From contig MU058045.1 of the NCBI GenBank assembly GCA_013265495.1, forward strand, positions 717,986 to 781,985: a DNA stretch of 64,000 nucleotides, in the 5' to 3' direction. Within the stretch, counting starts at the first letter, position 1, and each line of letters begins with the position of its first letter. Positions 34,001 to 46,900 of this stretch are shown here, one piece after another. The position numbers and the translations under genes were made by a program. The stretch comes from Vicugna vicugna. Lineage: Eukaryota. The notes under the pieces were generated by a model. It saw only the letters and a program-made list of their open reading frames with translations. It did not search any database and was not told where the DNA came from.

Positions 34001-37000
34001 CAAGATACGTTTACCGCCCATCTCACTTGGGAAATTCCAAGGGTTGTAGGAGGTTCGGGCCAGAAGCAGAAGGCCAAATATGTATTTCTTATTAGAAATC
34101 ACAGGATCATGCCCACATCTGGATTCAGTCAGCTTTGGCTGGCCAAGCCAGGGAACCTGAGAGCCTCCCTGAGAACTTTACATCTGTGGGGAAGTGAGCA
34201 AAAGTGCTAGACAATTAATTTATGAGCAAAACCTCCTCTCAGATATTGTGCTTGCCCCTTGGATTGCTTCTCAAGAAGCCTGCAGTGGAAGGCGGGGAGA
34301 ATCCGGGTCGGAACCACAGGAGACAAGGCCACGCTTGCCTCACCCCTCGGCCACAGTCCGCAGTCTTCTTCAGTTGGGGCCAAGGATTCAGTGGTAAGAT
34401 TCTCCCTTACTCAAGAGCTGGCATTCAGGTTGAATTTGGTAACACAGCCTCACTGAACGGATTTTTTAAGTCAGAACCATCCTGGGTTCAAATTCAGGCT
34501 CAGCTACTAACTAGCCGAGTGAGTGTGATCACGTTAACTCATCTCTGGGAACCTCGGTGTCTCCTCATCTTTGAAGACACCATTAGGATCTCTCAAGACG
34601 TAAGGGTTGAAGGCACGGAAGGAGTATAAGGACCTAACAGCGTCGCTGGTGCTGGAGACGTCAGGGACCAAGAGTAGCAAAGACTGTCATCTGTTGTCCT
34701 GATGCTCAGTCTTGAAGGCGTCTAGTCACGTAAGAACACATTCATTCTCTTACCAGGTCTGGACCATCTGCTTACCTGTCAACTGCCCAGTGACAGAGGG
34801 GCCGACTGTCCTGTGGGGACAAGTAGCTGCAGGCCAGGGAGAGCCCCACGACCCGGATGGCGAACAGGGATCCCGGGTTCTGCCGAGACAAGAACAGGAA
34901 GCAGGTCGCCATGCACGCTGGTGTCAATCAGACTGTTAGGTGCAAAGAAGTTACTCCAAAGAGTAACCTTTCGTTCACAGTATATTTTGAATATTCCCTT
35001 AATAATGACTATTCCAAACCTAGAGACAGAAAGCCTTCAATTTTTTTTAAGAGACAAGGGTGCACCTTTTAATAGTGATCTAACACCATTTAACACATTA
35101 AAATTTCCAAAACAATGATCACAGTATTTTAAAACAACACATGTTTAATTGGAGGAACTGTTGGCACAGTAAATGGGAAATCAAACCAATTGTGTTCTGT
35201 AATTATTAACAGGTAATTTAATTTACTTTATTAAGATGGTTATGACCATCACCAAATTACCAAAATGAGGCAAGTATCTAAAAGCAAGTTGGTGAATACT
35301 TTCCATACCAAAAGCTAAATAAGTATTTATACATTTCAAAATAAGCCATGTAAAAAGAATACTATCTATGTTTTTATTCTAAGATGTACTTTTTTTCATA
35401 TTCTAACTTTTCTGAAATTGAAGTCAGCCTTAAACAGCATGATTCACAATAGTCAACAGGTGGAAGCAACCCAAGTGTCCGTCAACAGATGAATGGACAA
35501 ACAAAATGTGGTCTATACACACAATGGAATATCACTCAGCCTTAAAAAGGCGGACAATGCTGACGCATGCTACAGCATGGATGGCCCTTGAAAATATTTT
35601 GCTGAGTGAAATAAGCCAGACACAGAAGGGCCAATATTGTATGATTCTGCTTATGTGAGGTTCCTAGAATGGTCAGGTTCACAGAGACAGAAAGTAGGAT
35701 GGAGGTTCTCACGGGCTAGAGGCTGGGGGGAGTGGGAGCTGTTTAATGGGTGTAGTGTTTATGGGGAGGATGAAAAATTGGGGGGGTAGGGTGGTGATGG
35801 CTCTGCAGCATTGTGACTATAATTAATTACACCTCTGAATGGCTAAAATAAATGTTAGGTACATTTTACCACAATTTAAAAAAAAATCAATGGACTCGTC
35901 AAGCAATGGAAATACAGTTCTTCCAATTGTCACTGATGACCTTGGCTGCAGCCAGGAAAAAATAAAAAATTTCTTACCAACTCTGACAAAGATAAAAGGC
36001 AGAAATCCCTACTTAAAACACACTAATATAGAAATAGACGAAATACAGATTGACTTCAGACAGAAGAGGGGGAAAGGATTATAATTCAAAGAAAGAGGAA
36101 CAAGGCATGAAGAGACAGCGAGACTCAAAACATCCTCAGGGCCTGTGAGCTGACTCCCGGGCTGCGGCAGCTGAACGTGCGGCGGGGAGGGGGGCCAGTG
36201 ATGTCCGGGGAGCGGATGCCTGGCTAGACTACAACCACACTGTAGCTGACCTGCAGCTTCAGCAAACACAAAACTGGTGGCTGGAAGCAAGCTGACTTCA
36301 GGGTCTTAGATTCAGGGCTGGTCATGTGAGGGTGTACTTCTTAAGGAGAAGTTAGTTAAATCTGGGACTGGGGAGGGTGGGGTGGGGGCGCTTTTTTCCT
36401 GGACCCTGTCACTGAGCCTTGCTGTTTGGATAGCGACATAATCAAGGCACCGACACATGGAGGCAGCTCACTCTGCTTCCACACGAAGAAACTTTACAAA
36501 GTGACCAGAAAGATGTCTTGGCAATGATGAATCTGTTTTTTTTCATTATTCATGCAAATTCATCCCATCCAGCAAATTGGTCATTTTTGTAAGAGACATT
36601 TTCCTGTCCTCTATTCTTGGCTAGGGAAATTCACTTTGGGACCCTCGGTAGCTATCCACTCCTTTTCATCTCTCCCATTCCGTGTTGAGAAGATTGAATG
36701 TATTCTTTCCAAATTATTACCAATGACCAATTCTTTCCAAATTTTTTTCAAATTATTCAAAAGATAGTCCTAGAAGCCTTAGGGCTGAGTGGGTGGGCTA
36801 GCCTGGGAGCCTCTGTACACATTATTCCTGCAGAAAACCAAGCCCGTCCACACGTTCACCAACGCAATCGTGCAAAAGCATTCGTAGCTGAGTTGGACGT
36901 TGCCTGCGTTAGAGTCCTGCCGGCCCCATTGATTCCTTGATCAGTTTCTAAAATGGAAAAGACGGCAGAGGTGCGGAGGGGAAAGCACACGGGTGACCAG

Positions 37001-37953
37001 GGGGGATAAAAGTCCAGCTGAGTCCAACGCTCGCATGAAAGTGTTTTCATCCACTTTCAGCAGTCAGGAGCATAGGGCTTGGGGACGGCTAAAGCTATTA
37101 CTAGATAGTCTGACCTACTTAGAGGGAAGTTAGAGTTTCTAATTAGGGCACCGTGGCAGACCTGCTAGGCAGTAGATGGAGCAAAACCCTTTGGAGATAA
37201 AGATTCGGTACCGATGCAGAAAGTAAAATGTAAAACAACTTCAACAAAGTGAAATTTGGTATAAATCCGGAATCAAATGTGTGGTTTTCCTTGAGCAGGA
37301 AGGAAAATGAATTATGAAGAATTCCCTCTGAAATATTTGGTACGTCTCCCAGGTGAAAAGTTCTTAGAGAATAGTTGAGGGGAAAACAAAATTCTGAGGC
37401 TGCTGACCTGTCCCTAAAAATTCCAATGTCTTCTTGGCCAAAGAGCCATCAAAACAGTTTCTGATACGCTAGGGGCTAAAAGGAATGGTTTATAGAATTT
37501 GTTGTTTTCATTTGGAAACTATCAGTCTGAGAATAAATAAATGAGCAAGGCAAAAAGGTGTTTCCCCTTGAGTTTTTATCTGATTTTCAAAAACGGGACA
37601 AAATTATTTTACTACCTAGGTTTTCATATTTGGACATAAACATAAATGTTAATTTTCCACAGAAGTTAGACCTCAAGTCCCTTGAAATTCTTAATCCAAA
37701 TGTATAAGTTTGTTTGGAGTTTTTTGGCAGATGGGAGGTAATTAGGTTTACTAATTTATTTTTAGAGGAGGTACTGGGGGTTGAACCCAGAACCTTATGC
37801 ATGCTAAGCATGTGCTCTACCACTGAGCTACACCCTCCCAGCTAAATCAGAGTTGTTTTATATGACAATGTAAACACTCTCAATTGACAGCGAATTCTTG
37901 TCATTCCTGAGCTACCCCTAGGTTCCTACCCCTTTTCCCCACCTCCCCTCAAC

Positions 37954-37987
<34 letters not shown>

Positions 37988-40900
37988 CACTCTCACGGAC
38001 CTGCACAGGGGCCTCACTCTTCATCAGATAGCGAACCTTGCCGAGAATGCACTGCTGGAGCTGGACCCAGGAGATGGCTCTGTCTTCCCTTATCAGGAAA
38101 GGTGGCCCAAACCTGGAAACCCAAGGGAACGAGGCGATTTCAGCAAAAGAAAAACCAACAGTGCCCAACAGTCAAAAGCATTCGCTCCGCTCACTGGCTT
38201 CTCTCAACTGGAAAAGAGTTAAGCACCCAGCACAGCACACAGTTGCCCACTGCAGCCCCTCATTACAAATGGAGACACTGCAGTGCAAACAGCAGCAAAG
38301 CCAGAGAGACACTGCGATGAAAGAGATGGTTCCACATGGTTGGCCGGCTGGGATGCCCCCTTCCCAGAGAGAGAGGAGACTAAGAGAACCGGGGACCCAG
38401 AGGAAAGCCAGGCAGAGGTGAGCCCAGAGGGAAGCCAGTCCAGTGGACACGCTGATGACTTTGTGTATCAGGAATATTCTCGTGACTGGGACTGTTCCCA
38501 CATCCTGGTCTCATGAACACACAGCAGTGGGCTGGTGGTCTGAGAGCGCCCACTGTGGCCGCAGCTGTGGCTGTGGGTTCCAGCTCTGCCGTGGGTGCCT
38601 CCAGACAAATCACTGGCCACTGACTGCTTGCTGGCCACCCCGTGCAAGGTTGCGTGCAGATCCAATGGAGAAAGGACATGCTACTGTTGAACTAACGTTG
38701 CTAAAATACAGCGCAGATGTGAGCTGGTGCGTGTGGACCGGCAGGAGCACCGGGTGTCAACTGATACACGCACAGATGGGTTTATATACCTTACCTATTA
38801 TTGGGCGCTCAGGTGGTTTCCAGTTTTTTATTTAAGCAATGCTTGCCTGTGGCAGGAACTATACACATTCTTTTATATATGCCTTTGGGTGCCTGTGACT
38901 AACTGTTTCTCTGGGACAAAGTTTCAGAAGTGGAAATGAGAGACCAAAGCTATTCATTACCAAACTGCTCTCCAGAAAAGCCACACGAATTGACCAGTGA
39001 GGCAAGGGCCCCATTCCTTGGACACTTGCCCAGAATGAGTATCATCCATTTTTAAAAGTCCTTTAAGAATCTGAAAGGTTAAGTCCAGCATCTTGCTAGT
39101 GCCATCAGAATTTCTTCGGCTACTAATGAAGCTGAATATTTTAATAACTTAATATTTTTAAATATTATTTAATTTAATAATATAAAATTTTAATATTTAA
39201 TAATATTATTCTTCTGTGAATTAATGTTAATTTATGGCAGGAGTAAAATAAACATTTAAAATAAAAAGAAAGTGAGAAATCAATTAGCCCAGTGTTACAT
39301 ATTGAATAATTCGTTCACTCTTTAGTAACATGACATATGCCATTTTTATCACATAACAAAAACACACTTGGGCTTTTCTGGGTCATTGATTTATATGTAT
39401 ATTCTTCTGCTTATATCACAATACTTTACTAATTAAAACTTTATTCTGTTTTAATAGAACAATCCTTCTTCCTTCTTTCTCCCTCTCCCAATATTTTCTT
39501 GCTTTTCTTATGAGTCTGTTATCCCTGATAAATTTTTACCAACATTTTATCCATCAAAAAATTTTTCACTGGAGTGATCTCTTTTAAACATTTCTATTTG
39601 AATTTTATAAGAAAACAATTTTGGTGTATTTGTTATGCAACCAGTCACTTTCTTGAACTCTTTCATTAGTTTTAATCACTTTCAAGTTCCTGGTTTTCTG
39701 GACAGACAATAAAATTATCTGCAAAAGAGTGGTGATTTTATCTTCTCTCTCCTACAGGCAGTTTCTTTTCTCTTGTCCTGCACTGCGTAGGCCTTACAAT
39801 CCAGCATAAACAGTGGTGAGAGCAGTAATAATCATTCCTGAAACCACAGGAAAACCTCTGATGCTTAACTGTTAATTAAGGACAATGTTTGCTATCTGCT
39901 CAAGGCAGTTATTTCTGATCATCTTGATCAGATTTCTTGATCAGAAATCCTTGTTGATTGACCTTGTGAATGGATATTTAATTTGATCAAATTAGAATTA
40001 TTCTAGACTGAATTCTAAGTACATATCTACACATCCCAGACATCATATAAAAGATGCAGGAAACAAACCTGCTGGCCTGCTGGCCCGAGCCCACCAGGTT
40101 ACAGAAGAGGATTAGCACCTTGGTCTCACTGTTGACGGGAAGGGCTAATCGCTGACCTTCACGGGCAGACAGGCGCAGGGATACTGGCAAAACAGATGGA
40201 CGAGCTGAAGAGAGAGCATTATAATGTTACACACTTGTATTCTTAAAGGACCTGCTCTGCTGGGTCAGAACCCCGGCTTCTAGCCGCTCTTCTCTTTGAG
40301 TGTACCTGAGAGCATCTCCTGGCCAGGTGACGGAGGGGCTTGGAAGGCATACACATTATCTCCCTCTGCAATCGTGTTCAGGTCCTCTTCATCAAAGAAG
40401 GACCGCTGGAGTCCACTGGGATACAGTTCAACCAAGATCACCTGGAACAACAAGGATCATTTTCCCTCTTGCTTCTCAAAGGGAGCTTAACAAATAGGAA
40501 GTCTAAAAGTGACTGAGAGTCTTAAACCTCTCTTCTACTCTTTCTTTCCTTGAAGTATTTTTAGTAATAAAACACAGCAGGTATAACAATTAGATTGCAA
40601 CTCAACTGCAACAGCAGAGTATCAAAGGGCTGAAGGAAGAGCAGGAAGAAGAAAGTCGGAAATCGAAAGTTTTATACCCAGCTAAACTATCGTGCAAGAA
40701 GGAGCCTAAGTTTGTTTTCTGTCTGTGAGTTTGTTTCTGTTTTGTAAATAAGTTCATTTGCCTTTTTCTTTTTTTAAACCAGGTGGGGAAGGGGATGGGA
40801 TGGGATAAACTGGGAGTTCGAGATTTGCAGATAATAATTAGTATATATAAAATAAACAGCAAGTTTATACTGTAGAGCATAGGGAATTATATTCAATACC

Positions 40901-43900
40901 TTGTAGTCACCTATAATGAAAAGAAATGTAAAAATGTATGTCTATGTATGACTGAAACATTATGCTGTACACCAGAAACTGACACTGTAAACTGACTATA
41001 CTTCAATTAAATAATTAATTAATTAATTAATTTTTTAAAAAGGAGCCTAAAATAAAGCCCACTTCAGGTCAAAAAAAAGTGAGGGGGTTTACCACTAACA
41101 CAACTCTGCTGAAAAAACTTCTAAATACTATTGCTGTCTTTTTTTCACATTATGTCGTATACGGGAAATATCTGTATGGAACACAGAGGCGAGCAGAAGA
41201 AGCCGGTTTTGTGGTGGAGGAGAGGGGTCACTGCCTTGAGGGTCTTGGCTATCGCAGACCCAACTCTGTCCCCTGAAAGCCCGAAGGAGCCAACAACTCA
41301 GCACTCATAACCCATTCAGGGCACAGTGACTGAGAAATTCTCTTGGAAAAGATACATTTCAGGGTTAAACGAACAGACAAACTAAACTCAGAAGGCAAAC
41401 TTGAATTGTAAGAACCAAAGAAAATGGTACATATTCATATGTGTAAATGTGCACTGGCTATGTAAACCTATAATGATAACAACCATTACCACTACTGTAA
41501 CCTGTGAGAAAAGGGAGCAGGGATTCGAATATTGGATAATAATATCCACCTGCAACAATATCTAAATCAAAAAGCTACATGGGAAATGAAAGCATAAATT
41601 GTGTTGTTTGGGAAAATTAACATAAGACCATGTTAGGCACGCATGTTGACATGTCAACGATGACCAGTGAGAGCATAGGAATACAATGTATATATCCCAA
41701 ACTAGGAAAGATGAAATAAAGAAAAATTGCTCAATCCAAAAGAAGCAGTAGAGAAAAAGAAACAAAAGCAGAGTAAATAGAAAGCATAAAATAAAATGAT
41801 GCAAATGAATCCAAATACATCCATGATCATAGCTGGAATAAACTTACCAGTCAAAACAAAATATCAAAATAGATGTTTAAGTTGCAATTAAAATGCCCAC
41901 CCTGCACTTAGGAATCTCAAGTGACCACCTCCCTGCACAGACACATCACAGCTTTCCAATTCCTGACACTCCCTCTACTCTCTTAATGTTTCAAACTCCG
42001 CCTCTCAGATTGCCCCCCTTTTGATCTTTTATTACTGTCATTTTTTCCCCAGGACTCTTTCTCACCCACTGTCCTGCTCTCTTCTCTCTCAATAGATCCC
42101 CATACAGCACTTTGGGCTTACAAAGCAAGATACACACCGTTTTTCCCCCTATTTGAGATTCTCGTTAAAATGGTGACCGAAGTCCGAGGGACTGACTGGG
42201 TGGGGCAGGAAGCAGTTTGAGTAATCGTGTGGTTACACAGATGTACACGCATGTAAAAATTCAACAAGTTATAACAGTAAGAGATGTACATTTTATTGTA
42301 TCTGTTATTCCTCAACAAAAAAAAAAGCTTAAAATATTTTTCATTTACAAAAAGAAAAATCCCAGGAGGTCACCAGGGAAGTGTAGAATTTTCATATTAC
42401 AGTTAAAGACACAGAGGACCAATTACTCTGTCTAAGGTCAAAAAACTAGAAAGTGACCAAACCACAATTAGAACCCCGTTCTAAGCCCTTCCCATCATGT
42501 GACATTGCTTTTCACCACCATCACCTCTACCATGTCCTCGGGGGGTGGGGCGGGGGATGCTGGTAGGAGTCTGCCCTCCAAAGTCACAGTGACAGGGGAG
42601 GGTACAGCTCAATTGGTAGACTGCATGCTTAGCATGCACAAGGTCCTGGGTTCAATCCCCAGTACACCCATTAAGTAAATAAATGAAAGAAAGAAAGAGA
42701 AAGAAAGAAAGGAAAAAAAAGGAAGGAAGGAAGGAAGAAAGGAAGAAAGAAAAGAAAGATGGAAAGAAAAGAAAAAACCCCACAGTGAATCCAAACTCTT
42801 TACCAAGAATCTCAAAAAAAGTTTTTTTTAATTGAGCACATCCATCCCCTCTCTCCCAGACTGCCTCTCTCATGAACACATCCCCAGTTCCTTCAGCAGT
42901 GCCTCATATTTCATTTACTGTCCCTTCAGTATCCTGCCTTGTCTCAGGACTAAAAATATAGACTAGCGACTTCAGTTCTGAAATCAAACAATCTGCATTC
43001 AAATCCTGGCCCAGCCACTGCCAAGCTGTGTGACCTTGAGCAAGTCACTTACCCTCTCTGGGCTTGCTGGTAAAATGAAGATAATTGTAATATCTACCTC
43101 ACAGGATGGCTGGGAGGGGTCAATCAGCTATGAACATGAAGTTCATAGAATGGTGCCCAGCACTTAGCAAACACTACTGAGCGTCAGCTATCGTTGAAAC
43201 AATGATGATCGTAATCACCATCACCTTCTTGGAAGACGAAGGTGGTGTCCTTTTTTGGTTATTCTATGAAAATGCAGGGAGAGGTCAAAGCCAGTCATCA
43301 CAGACACCACGGTCTACTAATCAAAGAGAAACTCATGAATCACCCTGGAGTCACCAGCAAGCCAGAAATTAGCCTAAGCAGCCTAGACAGCTGGCCCAGT
43401 CAGCATTCATCGTCCGGTGACCGGGCCCCAGTGCAGTGCCACCACACCTCATCCGCAGAGACTCCACCTTCCTCTGCAACCATCTTCCTCAGGGCTGCCA
43501 CCGTGCTGAGGATGGGCACGGCCAGACCGACCCGTAGGAACCGCTGGCTCTTCGAGGGGAAGACCAAGGTGACGCTCAAGAATCTGGAAAATAGGAAGAA
43601 AGCCACATCCTTAAAGGACTGACATGAACTGTTGCCAACATCCCTGACGCCGCATCAAGTTCGGCACTTGGGCAGGTCTCTGCTTCCCGGTGGGGTTACT
43701 GCACTTCAGGTATGCTGTCACCAGGTGGCAGTGGAGAGCCAAATCGCCAAGGGTCTCCACTGAGTGTAGTTTCCCAGCAAGTTAAAAATAAGACATGTGA
43801 TTAAGAATGACAATACAGATCTTCCACAATTTATGATGGGATTACGTCCCATTAAACCCATTCATTGTACACTGAAAATATCTTAAATCGAAAAGGCATT

Positions 43901-46900
43901 AAATACACCTAACCTACTGAACATCATAGCTCAGCCTCGCCTACCTTAAAAGTGCCCAGAGCACTTACATGAGCCTACAGTCGGGCAAAATCATCTCACA
44001 CAAAGCCGATGTGAAAATAAAGTGTTGCCTTTCACACCATCATAAAGTCAAAAAATTGTGAATCGAACCATCGTGAGTCAGGGACATCTATATAGATCTA
44101 TGGTCTCAAGGTTCTGTATGCTAAATAGATAATCTTAAGCAAAAGGGAACTTCCCCCCTTGGTAACAGGACACAGCCTTTCTGCCCCCCGATCTCTCTGG
44201 ACACTCTCTCTGGTTCCAATTATAATTAGCCAATTCACACAACTAGTTAGCAGAGCTGGGACTGGAGCCGAGGGAGTCGGGCCCCAGAGTCAGGGGTCCT
44301 AACCACCGCGCTATGCTGCATCAGGCCAGGGACCACAGCTCACAGCAGACATCACTGGATGGTGTCACTGATGAGAGGCTAAACCAGTGTTATATTTGTG
44401 GCACAGACAATCAACAGCACAGGAATTCAGAGCAGAAAGGGGGACTGAGTTGCCAGGAAAGGCTTTATAAAGCCATCCTGTCTTCACTGCATCCTAACGA
44501 TGGACGGAGGATGTCAACAGATAGAGAGCAAGAGAAATGGCTTTTCTGGAGGAGGGGAATACAGGGAAGAAGTGCTGGTTTCAAGGCCAGGGAAGGCGTC
44601 CCGTGTAGGAGCTCACTGACCTTCCACGAGGCTGACACTGGCCAGCTGCCGTAACGGTCACTGCGAAGCCCTGGGCTCCTGCGACGCCTGCCGTGCGTGC
44701 TTCCTACTGTTGCAGAGCTGAGCCTCACCACGCCTCCCCCCTCATCCCGCCTCCTCTTTTCTTTTTCTTCTCCTATCTCCCTACCACACTTTTCCTTTTT
44801 CTTTGCTCCTTAAATAAACCTTTCCTACACCTTCACCGAGAGGAAAAAGGATTTGGAAATAAAGCAAGGGAAGGCAGATGGTGACAGATTTCTCCGGTTT
44901 GCCCCGTCTGACCGAGTGGTACCAACTGGCCTGTGCCGGCTCCTGAATGGGCCAAAGTCATCAGCCTGGCAACGGGGCCAATAAACAAAAGCATGTTTAT
45001 ATAATTCCTTCCTCTGCTAAGGAAGGGCACAGTAACCTTTCACGTTAATTGCCCCATTTAATAACTCAATGCCCCCCAGGTACAAGGCTGGTTTCTAGAG
45101 AAATGCTTGGCTGAGAAGCAAAAGGTTGCCCACGAGGAGAAAGGATGGAAGTCAAGTTGGCGGGGGTGGCACTCACGTACCTCGTCTGGCGCAAGGGGAT
45201 AGGCAGGGACACACACAGGAATGGGTCAAAGGTGTTGCTCTGTTTCAGGCAGTGGGGACAGGTCAAGGAAGATCTGCAGGGCAAAGGAGACACATTACAG
45301 TTTCATCACAATTGAACCGTTTGGCAGTTCCTCGAACAGTTAGTTACCACTGTAGTTCCACTCCTAGGTCTACACCATGAAGAACAGAAAACAGGTATTC
45401 AAATCCTTGCACACAAATGTTCACGGCAGCACAAGAGGCAAAGGGTGGGCACCACCCACATGTCCGTCGATGGATAAACAGGTAAACAAAACATGTTATG
45501 TACACACAATGGATGATTATTCAGCCATGCAGTCCTGACATGCGCTACAACATGAATGAACCTGGAGAACATCATGTGAGTAAAAGCAGCCAGACACAAA
45601 AGGCCATGTATTTTGATTCCATTTCTATGAACTGTCCAGAACGGGTAAAGCCACAGAGACAGAATGCAGACCGGTGGTTGCCAGGTGCTGAGAGGAGGGA
45701 GGAATGGGGAGTGACTGCTTAATGGGGACCAGGTTTTCTTTTGGGAGGATGAAAACGGTTAAGAACTGGAAGGAGATGGCAGCTGCAGAGCATCACGGAT
45801 GTGTGCCCACTGAGCCGCACACCTTAAAATGGCTAATTTCATGCTATGTGACTTTCAAGTCTCGTCACATGTATTAATGCACTGAGTGTGGGAAGGGACG
45901 CTGTAACCCTTCCAAATAGAAATACAGCCTTCAAGCTCGAAGGTCTCAGCCTCACTGTGCCCCTGAATCACACAGGAAGCTTTTTTTCAAATGCAGATGT
46001 CGAGGCCCTACTCCCAGAGATTCTGTCTCAGGGCACCCAGGGAGAGGCGACAGGCATCGGAATTTTAAAAGCTCCACAGGTGACTCTAGGGTTCAGCCAG
46101 GCAGAGAACCACTGATGCGGTGGCCCTCCTTACTGTGGGGGTAAAGGAAATCAAGTTCAGAAAACAGCAGCTACTAACAACAGCTGACGTCAAAAGAGAA
46201 GTTACTATAGAACCGGGCATTGTGCCTCTCCTAACCCCTGTGCTACCTGTAACAACCAGGATTAGCCCCATTTCACAGAAGAAAAAACCAAGGAGTGGGA
46301 GGCGAGGGATAAATTAGGAGTTTGGGATTAGCAGATACAAACTGCCATGTACAGAACAGACAAACCACAAGGTCCTGCTGTATAACACAGGGAACTACAT
46401 TCAATGGCTTGTAGTAACCTGTAATGAAAAAGAATATGAAAAAAGAATATATATGTATAACTGAATCACTATGTTGTACATTAGACACTAACACAACATT
46501 GTAAATCAATTGTACTGCAATTAAAAAAAAACTGAAGCACAGAGAGGGTAAGTCACTTGCCCAAGGACACACAGCTCTTAAGTGGTTGAGCTGGCTCAGG
46601 TTCCAGAGTCCATTTCCATCATCATTTCTTCCGAGTCTTTAGCATAAGTAAATCTGCATAGTTTATTTATATTCTTTAAACCTTTTTAAATTTAACACTC
46701 CCTTATTTAGCACGTATCTCTGAAAGTGAAAGGCAACTCTTATATTCCACATGCGTACTCCTATTTTATTTCTTTAATCATATAATGTGGCAGATTCTGC
46801 CAAGATGTGAGGAGTTTTCGGATGCTACGCTCCTTATCCTAAAATCTACAAGAACTTCCTTGGGAAGTCCCCACCACACGGCCAGAGGCCTTAAGTCAGC

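Noticed and set aside
42595..42670. Apparent tRNA-Ala(AGC) genes (also at 11630, 37765 and 54820)
   Set aside because: Mismatched stems, A-rich tails and TSDs mark them as SINE copies, not functional tRNAs.
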